From positions 73,867 to 137,866 of the IMG/VR virus record IMGVR_UViG_3300029935_000001: 64,000 nt of DNA; one strand, 5' to 3'. Made by a program: the position numbers and the translations under genes. Source of the stretch: a virus (Duplodnaviria > Heunggongvirae > Uroviricota > Caudoviricetes). Positions 19,972-29,871 of this stretch are shown piece by piece. The notes beneath the pieces were generated by a model. The model saw only the letters and a list, made by a program, of their open reading frames with translations. It did no database searches and was not told the DNA's origin. Within the stretch, counting starts at the first letter, position 1; each line of letters opens with the position of its first letter.

Positions 19972-19999
19972 AAAATAGCACATCCTTTGTGTGCTATTT
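19972..19999. terminator. Hairpin terminator, likely for the minus-strand gp26-like unit
   Basis: AAATAGCACA-TCCTT-TGTGTGCTATTT, with an A-tract on the left. Confidence 0.7.
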
Positions 20000-20186
20000 A
20001 GAAATACGGCAATCCAGTTTTCTTCACTACTTCGTGATTGTCTTTAACAATCTTCCCGATTATTTCCCGTTCCTTTTGGCTTAACCCTAGTGCTACATCG
20101 TATGTGACTCCTCCCCGCATGGACCAGGAAACGCGTAAGCATTCTTCTCGAATTGCCTGGCATTCCCGGTCCATAGTAGAGAACAT
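19998..20186 (-). CDS. gp51-like/tail chaperone C-terminal ORF, probably reached by -1 frameshift from the upstream gene
   Basis: SWSMRGGVTYDVALGLSQKERE is typical of gp51/GT-like domains; the frame stays open back to the slippery site at 20228-20237. Confidence 0.65.
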   Translation of the reverse strand: MFSTMDRECQAIREECLRVSWSMRGGVTYDVALGLSQKEREIIGKIVKDNHEVVKKTGLPYF

Positions 20187-20212
20187 CTTCTCTACTTGTT
20201 CCCTACTTGCAG

Positions 20213-21052
20213 TTAAGAGTCGGAGCCGAAAAAATTTGAAACGTCCAACGTAAACGGCGTTTCGTATGTTTGGTTACATTCTTCGTTTTGGCATTGGATA
20301 ACCAATGGTTTTATTTCTGCTTTTTGCCGCAACTCGATAACTCGATCGCGTATCACGTTAAACGTTGCACTGTCAGCTTTGGCGACAAATTCTTCAATGT
20401 GCTGTTTGTCAGTTACTAACGTGTCGGGTGTTTTGATAGCTGCAATGCTGTTAGCAATAGCAGACACAGTAAGATGCTTTATTGCCGAAAACGCTTCCTG
20501 TATCCGCTTTAGCTTTTCATCCTCGGGCATCTGGGCAGCTGAGATGGCACTCAATGCTCGCTGCTCATTGAATTGAGTCTTATTATTTTCGTCTAGCTCG
20601 CGGTAGCTTAGTGGCTTACAGTATATTTCTAAACCAGCAACTTGTAGAGCTTGGTCGTATTCAGGAGCTTCGAGTTGGTCAAGGATGGATCTCAAATCCA
20701 GTTCAAATTCGTTTTCGTGACCACAGTGGGGGCATGTAGATTCGAAGTCCATCGAGTGCCCGTACGATGCAATTCTGATACCAATTAGTAATGCGTCTAA
20801 GTCGATTACTGGCATTTCCCATGGGTCTTGAATGGCAGGAACACAACTTTTTATTACATCAACAATAGCGCTGCCATTGAATAGCGCGTCAGGGGTGCGG
20901 TAAGTAATTTCATCGATTGCAGTCATTGGGTACACCGGAACTTCCCCATTGGCTGGTAAGTTAAGCGCATTATTGTAGTAAAACTTGCCTCGACTCAATA
21001 GTGGCAAGTGAATAGCGGGTTGGCGAAAAAATTTAGCTAACGGATTAGACAT
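20213..21052 (-). CDS. gp26: Baseplate hub assembly protein gp26-like/tail assembly chaperone
   Basis: VYPMTAIDE...PDALFNG...DLDALLIGIRIASYG...CPHC...CQNEEC...NFF. Confidence 0.8.
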   Translation of the reverse strand: MSNPLAKFFRQPAIHLPLLSRGKFYYNNALNLPANGEVPVYPMTAIDEITYRTPDALFNGSAIVDVIKSCVPAIQDPWEMPVIDLDALLIGIRIASYGHSMDFESTCPHCGHENEFELDLRSILDQLEAPEYDQALQVAGLEIYCKPLSYRELDENNKTQFNEQRALSAISAAQMPEDEKLKRIQEAFSAIKHLTVSAIANSIAAIKTPDTLVTDKQHIEEFVAKADSATFNVIRDRVIELRQKAEIKPLVIQCQNEECNQTYETPFTLDVSNFFGSDS

Positions 21053-21099
21053 GTAGGTATTTCCTGGTTAAATAATAATAATACTTATGGTAACCAAAA

Positions 21100-23886
21100 A
21101 TGACTGATCAAAATATCCTTGACATGCTTGACGAAATACGGCGCCAAACGCAAATCTTAGAGTCGATTGCAAAAGGCACAAGTGTCGGGCCCAACCGACC
21201 GAGCCCGGCCAGCCGGAACGCCCCGGGAGAGACCCGCGAGGAGCGCCAGCAGCGCAAAGCTGCTCGCGAGCTTGGAAACCAGTTTGACGATCTAGCAGAC
21301 TCGTCAAAGGGCGTTACAGTAAGTTTTGATCAGCTTGCTCGCCGCACTAACTTAGCAATGCTAGCGTTTGCTAAGCAAACACTACAGATGTCAAACAACT
21401 TGTCCTCGCTTAAACCGGCTATTAGTGCAGTTTCAAATGTAGCTGCTACTGCGGTGTCGGCAATAACTGGCGCGGTAGGTAATGCGGTATCAACGCTCAG
21501 TCTTCTGGGCGGCCCTATTACAAAGATTGTGGGTACCATAACCGGCGGCCTAGTCGGTGCCGTGGGCACAGCATCAGCGGAATTAATAAAAGCGGCCGGC
21601 GAGGGTGCTGGGCTAGTGCTTGAGCAAATGGAAGCAATTAGCAATAATTACACAGCAATTGCTCAACTCGGCGGCGCTACTGCCCGCGGCATGACTGACT
21701 TGTATGAATCAGTAGGTGAAACCGGTATCCGTATGGAGCAGTGGGCAGCGTTAGTAGGCAAACATTCTGAGAAGTTGGCCTTTTCCTTTGGGTCTGTGGG
21801 CGATGGCTTGTTAACCGTCAATCAAGCTGCTGAGAAAATGCGCAAGACAGGCATTACTGAGCAGTTTCTGCGGTTAGGAGTCGGAGTAGATGAACAAGCA
21901 TCGGCGCTAGCATCGTATTCGAAAATGCACTCGATGAATTCACGCCGCGAAAAGCTCAGTGTTGATCAGCTTATCGAAGGAACCCAGCGCTGGTACACTG
22001 AAATAGACCAAATAGCAAGGGCAACTGGTAAATCTCGCGAAGCCATTAACGAAAGTGTGCTCGCTCAACAGCGTAGTCTGCGCTGGGGCGCGACAATGGA
22101 GATCCTCAACCGTCGCCAAACTGACCTAGGAAATAAGCTCGCTGCTAGCTTTGAAAAAGTTGACGCTGTAACTGGCGGCACGTTTGTTACTGATGCATTG
22201 CGCGACATCTTCTCAGGTGGCCGGTTGGGTAAGGAAGCGCAATCACTAATGACATTGGCCGGGCAAGACATAATTCCGATAGTTGACAATATCAAACGAG
22301 GGTTACTTGGTGCCGACGAAGGTATGAGTCAAATTGTCGACGCAATTGCTAAGCGCGGTGGCACAGGCGCTATTAACTTAGAGTCATTGGTTGGTAACCA
22401 ATTAGCGGAGCTCGGCGAAGTCCTAAGAGCTGCGCGCCTGTCGCAAAACTTTATCGCCGCTGGTGAATCGCTTGATGCATATGCAGGAAAATTAAAAGAC
22501 TCGCAGCAAAGCGTAATCAAAGGCAACGACCTCACTACCAATAACATTGCTAGCACGCAAGAAGCAGTAATGGATATTTACGCTGAGATTCAAAAAGCGT
22601 TTAGCAAGGTACTACCTTCTGCCTCGACTCAAATCGCTAATTTTGCCGATGTGATTAGCGAAAAATTGCCGCTAATGGCTCAAGCGATTGACGACTATAT
22701 CGAAAAATTAACCGGAAATCGTCCAGTTTCGGCTTTTAATAAGCAGATGCAGGCTGCCGAATCTGCGCGCCGCAACACAGCAACAGTTTCGGGGACCCCC
22801 GAAACTGGTCAGCGCGGAACGTTCTGGGAAAACGTATCCGGAAAAGTGTCTCCGGAAAACGTAGCGTCTCTGCTGTCGGATGTTGGAATAACCAACACGC
22901 GGGCCCAGGCTAATATTTTAGCACAGTTGCAAGCAGAATCAGGGTTCCGTCCTCGATCCGAAAACCTTCAGTACAGCGGAAAGAAATTGTTTGAAATGTA
23001 CGGTCCCAATCAAACTCGCAATAAAGTTAGATTTAATAGTTTAGCCGAAGCCGAAGCGCTATCGAAGCAAGGCCCTGAGGCAATTGGAAACGTAATATAT
23101 GGCGGCCGCATGGGGAATGCCGTCAATGAAGGGTTTTTGTATAGAGGCCGAGGTCTTATTCAGCTCACCGGCAAGGATAATTATGCAAAGTATGGACGAA
23201 TAATCGGCGAAGACTTGGTTAATAACCCAGACCTAGCTAATGATCCGCAAATTGCTAAGAAAATTGCCGTCGCTTATATGCAAGAGCAACAAAAAGCCGG
23301 CGTAAACTTAGCTGACATACAGCAAGTAGGAAAAGCAATGGGATTTGCTACGAACGACCAAGCGTCGCGAGCTGCGCTAGCATCAGATTTTGAAAAACGG
23401 TTGCAACGCGGCGGATTCCGTGACGGTGGAATTTCCACCGGTCCAATGACCGGATACACACAGCTTTTACACGGAACTGAGGCTATTGTGCCTTTGCCCG
23501 ACGGAAAAACTATACCAGTAGACTTAAATTTTTCGAGTATTACTCGAAAAATGACGCAAGATTTTAAAACTACAAATGCTGATCAAAATAAGTTCAGCCC
23601 GGCAGATTTAGTTAAGAACTTAACGGCTGATTTTAAAACTACAATGGCCGGCCCGCTTGAAAAGCTAGCACTTAATTTAAACAGCATTCAAGCACAGCAA
23701 CAATTGCCAGCACGCGTAGAGCAGCCATCTGGCCTTAACTCGCCCGAGCTACGCGAAATGAACGCCAAAATGACTGAACAAATGAGCGCAATGAATGCAC
23801 AAATTTCGAAGCTGACTGAAGTGGTAGATATCCTGCGCCGCAGCAATGCTACTAATGAAAAGCTTTTACAAGCGGCACGAAACTAA
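21100..23886 (+). CDS. Tape-measure-like tail protein with a GH19 (chitinase/lysozyme-like) domain
   Basis: Long Ala/Gly-rich helical N-part; ESGFRPRSENLQYS...YGGRMGN...YRGRGLIQLTGKDNY GH19 motifs; LHGTEAIVPL motif. Confidence 0.8.
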   Translation: MTDQNILDMLDEIRRQTQILESIAKGTSVGPNRPSPASRNAPGETREERQQRKAARELGNQFDDLADSSKGVTVSFDQLARRTNLAMLAFAKQTLQMSNNLSSLKPAISAVSNVAATAVSAITGAVGNAVSTLSLLGGPITKIVGTITGGLVGAVGTASAELIKAAGEGAGLVLEQMEAISNNYTAIAQLGGATARGMTDLYESVGETGIRMEQWAALVGKHSEKLAFSFGSVGDGLLTVNQAAEKMRKTGITEQFLRLGVGVDEQASALASYSKMHSMNSRREKLSVDQLIEGTQRWYTEIDQIARATGKSREAINESVLAQQRSLRWGATMEILNRRQTDLGNKLAASFEKVDAVTGGTFVTDALRDIFSGGRLGKEAQSLMTLAGQDIIPIVDNIKRGLLGADEGMSQIVDAIAKRGGTGAINLESLVGNQLAELGEVLRAARLSQNFIAAGESLDAYAGKLKDSQQSVIKGNDLTTNNIASTQEAVMDIYAEIQKAFSKVLPSASTQIANFADVISEKLPLMAQAIDDYIEKLTGNRPVSAFNKQMQAAESARRNTATVSGTPETGQRGTFWENVSGKVSPENVASLLSDVGITNTRAQANILAQLQAESGFRPRSENLQYSGKKLFEMYGPNQTRNKVRFNSLAEAEALSKQGPEAIGNVIYGGRMGNAVNEGFLYRGRGLIQLTGKDNYAKYGRIIGEDLVNNPDLANDPQIAKKIAVAYMQEQQKAGVNLADIQQVGKAMGFATNDQASRAALASDFEKRLQRGGFRDGGISTGPMTGYTQLLHGTEAIVPLPDGKTIPVDLNFSSITRKMTQDFKTTNADQNKFSPADLVKNLTADFKTTMAGPLEKLALNLNSIQAQQQLPARVEQPSGLNSPELREMNAKMTEQMSAMNAQISKLTEVVDILRRSNATNEKLLQAARN

Positions 23887-24001
23887 CCACCATTATAATC
23901 GGCGGTAAATACACCATGATCAGTAAATATCTAAAACAAAACGTTAATGACACTGAGCCAACAAGATCCAGTCTTGGGTTGTTGTATTGGAGAATCACAT
24001 A

Positions 24002-25759
24002 ATGGCCGAACAGACTAAAGGATGGAAAAAGTATTTTAAGCTAGCCAACCAAGACGGAGTGATGAGTCCTATTTCTGGACAGACCTCCCGACCGGGGCAC
24101 GAGCATGCTTCACAGTCGTTTGGATTTAAGAACTACGCATCGTCGTTGCCAGAAGTGTATGTTGGGCATCCAAATCGTATTGAGCGTTATAATCAATACG
24201 AAGCAATGGATGCCGACTCGGAGATCAATGCGTGTTTGGACATCATTGCTGAATTTTCCACTCAATGGAACGAAAAAAATAACACACCGTTTGAAATACG
24301 TTTCAAAGACAAACCTACGGATTCTGAGGTAGAAATCCTCAAAAAGCAGCTTCAACAGTGGGTCAAGTTGAATCAATTTGACAAGCGTATGTTCAAGCTA
24401 TTCCGCAATACAATTAAATATGGGGATCAAGTATTCGTTCGTGACCCTGAGACATTTGAGTTAATGTGGGCTGACATGACCAAAGTAGTTAAGGTTATCG
24501 TCGACGAGCTGCGTGGCAAAGAGCCCGAGCAGTATGTAATACGCGACCTTAACCCTAACTTTAAGAATTTAACTGTTGCAGCCAAGACTACGCTTGATGC
24601 CGCTGCTAACCCTGTAGGCGGGGCCTCGCCGGCTCAAGGATATACTGTGCCTGGGTCTCAAGTTGGTGGCACCACCGGCCGATTTGCAGCCGCAGTAAAT
24701 GAAAGTGTAATAGACGCTGAGCATGTACGACACATCTCGCTTAGCGAAGGGCTAGATCCAAATTGGCCGTTCGGTACGTCAATCCTCGAAAACATCTTCA
24801 AGGTGTTTAAGCAAAAAGAGCTACTTGAAGACGCAATCCTAATCTACCGCGTACAGCGCGCGCCCGAGCGCCGAGTGTTTTACATCGACGTAGGCAACAT
24901 GATGCCTCACATGGCTATGGCGTTTGTAGAGAGAGTAAAAAACGAAATCCACCAGCGCCGCATTCCAACTATGAACGGCGGCGGATCGTCAATGCTAGAC
25001 GCAGCCTACAACCCGCTTAGCATTCACGAAGATTATTTCTTCCCGCAGACTGCCGAAGGCCGAGGCTCGAAAGTCGAAACGCTCCCAGGCGGCGAAAATC
25101 TTGGTCAAATCGACGATCTTAAGTATTTTAACAACAAACTATGTCGTGGTCTACGAGTACCGTCTAGTTATTTGCCAACCGGGCCTGACGATCAAACTAC
25201 GCCACTCAGCGACGGTCGTGTTGGTACTGCACTAATACAAGAGTATCGCTTCAACCAGTATTGTCAACGCCTTCAGAGTCTTATAATCTCTGCGCTTGAC
25301 GACGAGTTTAAGATGTTCTTAAATTGGCGTGGGTTCAATATTGACTCTGGCATTTTTGACTTAACCTTTACTCCGCCGCAAAACTTTGCGTCTTATCGGC
25401 AGACTGAGCTCGATTCAACGCGTGTTAATGTATTCCAGTCACTTGAGCAAGTTCCATATCTGAGTAAGCGATTTTTGTTGCAACGATTTCTTGGGCTTTC
25501 GAAAGAAGAAATGCTCGAAAACGAAACTCTGTGGCACGAAGAGCGAGACGAACCCGGGGCAATTACTCCAACCGGTGATGACTTGCGATCAGTTGGTGTT
25601 ATGCCAGGCGGCATGAATGCCGACATTGAAATGGGCGACGAGTTTGGCGAGCCCGGAGATCTCGAAGCTGGGGAGATGGAAATGCCCTCAGAAGCTCCGG
25701 GCGCACCGCCGTTAGGTGGACCGACTCCTCCAGCTGCAGCAACTCCTCCGGCGCAATAA
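24002..25759 (+). CDS. gp20: Portal protein
   Basis: LLEDAILIYRVQRAPERRVFYIDVGN, EDYFFPQTAEGRGSKVETLPGGENL; start taken at ATG 24002 after GGAG. Confidence 0.95.
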   Translation: MAEQTKGWKKYFKLANQDGVMSPISGQTSRPGHEHASQSFGFKNYASSLPEVYVGHPNRIERYNQYEAMDADSEINACLDIIAEFSTQWNEKNNTPFEIRFKDKPTDSEVEILKKQLQQWVKLNQFDKRMFKLFRNTIKYGDQVFVRDPETFELMWADMTKVVKVIVDELRGKEPEQYVIRDLNPNFKNLTVAAKTTLDAAANPVGGASPAQGYTVPGSQVGGTTGRFAAAVNESVIDAEHVRHISLSEGLDPNWPFGTSILENIFKVFKQKELLEDAILIYRVQRAPERRVFYIDVGNMMPHMAMAFVERVKNEIHQRRIPTMNGGGSSMLDAAYNPLSIHEDYFFPQTAEGRGSKVETLPGGENLGQIDDLKYFNNKLCRGLRVPSSYLPTGPDDQTTPLSDGRVGTALIQEYRFNQYCQRLQSLIISALDDEFKMFLNWRGFNIDSGIFDLTFTPPQNFASYRQTELDSTRVNVFQSLEQVPYLSKRFLLQRFLGLSKEEMLENETLWHEERDEPGAITPTGDDLRSVGVMPGGMNADIEMGDEFGEPGDLEAGEMEMPSEAPGAPPLGGPTPPAAATPPAQ

Positions 25760-25783
25760 ATAAAGTATCAGGATATAACAATT

Positions 25784-26002
25784 ATGATTTTAAGTGAATT
25801 ATACGAGCCAAGCAAGCCCGGTTATCAAAGCCAAGAAGACGATGAGTCTCGTATAGCTCTCAGCGATCTCAGAAAAACAAAATTAACTTTGCGCCAACTA
25901 AACAAGTTGCGGCGTTTAATGGATGTGCGTAATTTTGAGATGAAAGAAAATCTTAAAAAAGTTAAAACTCAATACGCGCCGCCGCCGCAACAGATGATGT
26001 GA
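25784..26002 (+). CDS. Small head-module protein, hypothetical
   Basis: 72 aa after the portal gene, with TAAATA and AGGA upstream. Confidence 0.7.
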   Translation: MILSELYEPSKPGYQSQEDDESRIALSDLRKTKLTLRQLNKLRRLMDVRNFEMKENLKKVKTQYAPPPQQMM

Positions 26003-26006
26003 TTGA

Positions 26007-26057
26007 AAATATAGGCAAAATGAGTCGTTTTGACCATTAACTGCCTATATTTTTTTT
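26007..26057 (+). terminator. Hairpin with T-tract
   Basis: AAAATATAGGCA...TGCCTATATTTTTTTT, followed by TAAATA at 26066-26071. Confidence 0.55.
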
Positions 26058-26102
26058 GTGTGGTGTAAATACAAGCAGAACCTAGCCTTTGGGAGAATTT
26101 TA

Positions 26103-26888
26103 ATGAGTAAGAAATTTGAGCAACTGATCGAATTTGTGATCAATGACGACGAACAAAAAGCTCGCGAGCTTTTTCATGAAATCGTAGTAGAAAAGAGCCG
26201 CGAAATTTACGAAAGCCTTATGGCCGACGAGTTTGGCGACGAAAGCAGCGATATTGCTGCTGGAGTCGAAGCAGACGAAGAAGGATTTAGTGACGCAGGC
26301 GACGAAGATCTTGACTTTGACAGCGAAGAAGGCACCGACGAGTTTGGTGCCGAAGAAGAAGTTGACTTTGACAGCGATAACGATGTCGAAGAGCTTGAGG
26401 ACCGTGTTGTTGATCTCGAAGACAAACTCGACGAGCTAATGGCTGAATTTGACGCTCTTATGGCCGGCGACGAAGAAGGTGCCGACGAGTTTGGCACCGA
26501 AGAAGAAGTCGACTTCGACGGCGAAGAAGGCACCGACGAGTTTGGTGACGAAGAAGAAGTCGACTTTGACGGCGAAGAAGACGAGTTTCAAGAAGGCCTA
26601 CATGAAGAAGTTAAACTAACTCCAGTGTCGAAGCCAAGCAATGCTGACGCTGCTGACAACCGTAAGTCAGTGGGCCTACAAAACTCAGGCAAAGGCGGTG
26701 TAAAAGCTGGTGGCAACCCAATTAAGACTGACACTTCGGCAGAAACTGGCCGTTCAGCTCCAGGAGCTAAGAAAATGGGCGTAGCCGGACCGCAAGATGC
26801 TGCCCGCGGCGCATTCAAGTCAAAAGCACCAGCTTCGGCGAAATCTGAACCAGCTGGCACTGACAAGCAGAGCATTGTTCGCAAGTAA
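26103..26888 (+). CDS. Acidic prohead core/scaffold-like protein
   Basis: ATG 26103 after GGAG; very D/E-rich; lies between the portal and protease genes. Confidence 0.7.
   Translation: MSKKFEQLIEFVINDDEQKARELFHEIVVEKSREIYESLMADEFGDESSDIAAGVEADEEGFSDAGDEDLDFDSEEGTDEFGAEEEVDFDSDNDVEELEDRVVDLEDKLDELMAEFDALMAGDEEGADEFGTEEEVDFDGEEGTDEFGDEEEVDFDGEEDEFQEGLHEEVKLTPVSKPSNADAADNRKSVGLQNSGKGGVKAGGNPIKTDTSAETGRSAPGAKKMGVAGPQDAARGAFKSKAPASAKSEPAGTDKQSIVRK
26325..26588 (+). repeat. 51-nt coding repeat (EEGTDEFGxEEEVDFDG), 3 copies plus a partial copy
   Basis: Units start at 26325, 26472 and 26523; partial unit at 26574. Confidence 0.85.
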
Positions 26889-26900
26889 TAAGGACTGGCG

Positions 26901-27533
26901 ATGAGATTACTCCAAGAACACCTTACTTTTGACGCCGCCCGCATTGTTGTTGAGGGCGACGAAAAAGGTAAAAACCTTTTTATGAAAGGAATATGTATTC
27001 AAGGTGGTGTTAAAAACGCCAACCAGCGAGTATATCCGGTGAGCGAGATCTCTAAAGCTGTTACTACTTTAAATGAACAAATTTCTGGTGGTTATTCAGT
27101 CCTTGGGGAAGTAGATCACCCAGATGATTTAAAAATCAACCTCGACCGGGTCAGCCATATGATCACTGAAATGTGGATGGATGGCCCTAACGGGTTTGGA
27201 AAACTAAAAATATTGCCCACTCCAATGGGCAACCTAGTGCGCACAATGCTTGAAAGCGGTGTAAAGCTAGGAGTTTCGAGCCGAGGCAGCGGAAACGTTA
27301 ACGAGGCATCAGGGCACGTCAGCGAATACGAAATTGTAACCGTAGACGTGGTTGCCCAGCCTAGTGCTCCTAATGCATATCCAACAGCAATCTACGAAGG
27401 ATTGCTGAATATGCGCCATGGTCATCGTTTGTTTGACATGGCAAAGGAAGCTAGTGCGGACACAAAAGTTCAAAGATACTTGAAAGGTGAGATTACCAAG
27501 CTGATCAAGGATCTAAAGATATCAGGAGAGTAA
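26901..27533 (+). CDS. gp21: Prohead core protease
   Basis: KNANQRVY, GEVDHP, LGVSSRGSG, DVVAQPSAPNA. Confidence 0.95.
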   Translation: MRLLQEHLTFDAARIVVEGDEKGKNLFMKGICIQGGVKNANQRVYPVSEISKAVTTLNEQISGGYSVLGEVDHPDDLKINLDRVSHMITEMWMDGPNGFGKLKILPTPMGNLVRTMLESGVKLGVSSRGSGNVNEASGHVSEYEIVTVDVVAQPSAPNAYPTAIYEGLLNMRHGHRLFDMAKEASADTKVQRYLKGEITKLIKDLKISGE

Positions 27534-27535
27534 GC

Positions 27536-28627
27536 ATGATTGATGCTATGAAGCCATTGCTTGAAAGTGGCATTATCAACGAGGAAACTCGCGAAGCTAT
27601 CAACGAAGCTTGGAACGCCAAGCTCAACGAAGCTCGCGAAGAAATTCGCTCAGAAATGCGCGAAGAGTTTGCTCAGCGATATGACCATGACAAAGCTGTA
27701 ATGGTTGAGGCTCTTGATCGTCTGGTAACAGACAAGCTTATGGAAGAAATTCAGCAGGTTCAAGCTGAGCGTCTTGCACTAGCTGAGGATCGCGTAAAAG
27801 CTCAAGTTAAACTTCGTGAAGATTCAACTCGTTTCAACAACTTCATGGTAGGGAAGCTAGCTGAAGAAATCAGTGAGCTGCAAAAAGATCGTAAAACACA
27901 AAAGGCCGGCCTCGCAAAGATGGAGTCTTTTGTTATGCACGCACTTGCTCGTGAGCTAAATGAATTTGCTCAAGACAAGCGCGAAGTGGTAGAAACCAAA
28001 GTTCGCCTGGTAAAAGAAGCACGCCAGCAGCTATCTGCCCTTAAGAAGCGATTTGTTGCCGAAAACTCAGCCAAACTAAGCAAGTCGGTTGCAGGCCATC
28101 TAAAGTCTGAGCTAACACAGCTTCACGAGGACATCAAAGTCGCCCGTGAAAACAGTTTTGGTCGTCGTATTTTTGAAGCATTTGCTACAGAGTTCGGCGC
28201 AACACACCTAAACGAAAACGCAGAGATTCGTAAGTTAATGTCAGTGATCAAAGAAAAAGACGCTGCCCTTAATGAGTCTCGCAAACAAGCTCAACAAGCT
28301 AAAATGATTGTTGAGACCAAGGAAAAGCAAATTCGCGTGATCCAAGAGTCGACTAAGCGTCAAGAAATCTTGGACGAGTTGCTAGGAACCCTCAAAGAGG
28401 ACAAAGCATCCGTAATGCGTAATTTACTTGAAAACGTCCAAACAGCTCGTCTAAAGGGCGCTTTCGAAAAGTATCTACCAGCTGTATTGGCTGAGCGTGC
28501 TACTGTGGAATCGACATTTAAGAAGCCACTTGTAGAATCGCGCGCTACTGTAACTGGTGATAAATCTGCCGCGGTTGAAGATAAGAATAACGTTATCGAC
28601 CTCAAGCGTCTGGCAGGGCTTAACTAA
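27536..28627 (+). CDS. gp22: Prohead scaffolding protein
   Basis: Coiled-coil E/K-rich protein between the protease and capsid genes; FGRRIFEAF motif. Confidence 0.8.
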   Translation: MIDAMKPLLESGIINEETREAINEAWNAKLNEAREEIRSEMREEFAQRYDHDKAVMVEALDRLVTDKLMEEIQQVQAERLALAEDRVKAQVKLREDSTRFNNFMVGKLAEEISELQKDRKTQKAGLAKMESFVMHALARELNEFAQDKREVVETKVRLVKEARQQLSALKKRFVAENSAKLSKSVAGHLKSELTQLHEDIKVARENSFGRRIFEAFATEFGATHLNENAEIRKLMSVIKEKDAALNESRKQAQQAKMIVETKEKQIRVIQESTKRQEILDELLGTLKEDKASVMRNLLENVQTARLKGAFEKYLPAVLAERATVESTFKKPLVESRATVTGDKSAAVEDKNNVIDLKRLAGLN

Positions 28628-28652
28628 AACAAAAAAGGAATAGGAGAAAAAT

Positions 28653-29846
28653 ATGTCCAAGGAATTACTTGAAAGCCGTTGGAACGAGGCTAAAGAAGCC
28701 CTACTAGAAGGCCTTGCTGGTACTCGTCGTTCAACAATGAGCGTAGTGCTCGAAAACACTCGCCGCCATCTGCTATCGGAATCGGCTGCTGCTGGCAGCA
28801 CCGTGTCTGGTAACATTGCTACCCTTAACCGCGTGATTCTACCGGTTATCCGTCGAGTTATGCCGACCGTTATCGCTAACGAGCTAGTCGGTGTTCAGCC
28901 AATGACCGGCCCAGTGGGCCAGATCCACACACTGCGCGTTCGTTATGGCACCACTATGCAGGATAACTCTGCTGCTGGTACTTCGACTGTCGCTGGCGAA
29001 GAAGCGCTAAGCCCATTCAAGATCGCCCAAGCCTACTCGGCCGGTGTTGGTAGTGTTCAGAACTCGTACCAAGGCGCATCTACTGCGCAAATGGAAGCTG
29101 TTGGTGGTCGTAACATTTCGGTTCAGTTGCTAAAGCAAGCTGTCGAAGCTAAGACCCGCAGGCTACAAGCTCGCTGGACCTTCGAAGCTGCTCAAGACGC
29201 GCAAGCTATGCACGGTATTGATATTGAAGCTGAAATCATGGCCGCTCTAGCGCAGGAAATCACTGCTGAAATCGACCAAGAGATCCTTCTCTCGCTACGT
29301 AGCCTAGCCGCTACCGAGTTCTCGTTTGACCAAGCTGCTGTGTCCGGTACTGCTACTTTCGTTGGTGACGAGCACGCTGCCCTAGCTGTTCTTATCAACC
29401 GCGTTGCTAACCTAATCGCTCAGCGCACACGTCGTGGTGCTGGTAACTGGGCGGTTGTTTCCCCAACCGCGCTGACCGTACTCCAGTCGGCTACTACTTC
29501 GGCCTTTGCTCGTACCACCGAAGGCACGTTTGAAGCTCCAACCAACACCAAGTTTGTTGGTACGCTAAACAGCGCCATGAAGGTCTATGTTGACTCCTAC
29601 GCCAACGACGCTACACCTGTGCTTGTTGGTTACAAAGGTTCTTCGGAAGCTGATGCGGCTGCGTTCTACTGCCCATACATTCCGCTAATGAGCTCTGGTG
29701 TTGTGCTTGATCCAACTACGTTCGAACCAGTCGTAAGCTTTATGACACGTTATGGTTACCTCGAGTTGACTAACACCGCATCGAGCTTTGGCAACGCAGG
29801 GGACTATGTTGGTGCTATTTCGCTGTCGAACCTCTCGTTCAGCTAA
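28653..29846 (+). CDS. gp23: Major capsid protein
   Basis: VIRRVMP...VGVQPMTGP, EAAQDAQAMHGIDIEAEI, AFYCPYIPL, FMTRYG. Confidence 0.97.
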   Translation: MSKELLESRWNEAKEALLEGLAGTRRSTMSVVLENTRRHLLSESAAAGSTVSGNIATLNRVILPVIRRVMPTVIANELVGVQPMTGPVGQIHTLRVRYGTTMQDNSAAGTSTVAGEEALSPFKIAQAYSAGVGSVQNSYQGASTAQMEAVGGRNISVQLLKQAVEAKTRRLQARWTFEAAQDAQAMHGIDIEAEIMAALAQEITAEIDQEILLSLRSLAATEFSFDQAAVSGTATFVGDEHAALAVLINRVANLIAQRTRRGAGNWAVVSPTALTVLQSATTSAFARTTEGTFEAPTNTKFVGTLNSAMKVYVDSYANDATPVLVGYKGSSEADAAAFYCPYIPLMSSGVVLDPTTFEPVVSFMTRYGYLELTNTASSFGNAGDYVGAISLSNLSFS

Positions 29847-29871
29847 TAAGCAACAGCACACGCTTCAAAAC

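Noticed and set aside
26325-26588. CRISPR-like array
   Set aside because: In-frame coding repeats with no unique spacers and no cas genes.
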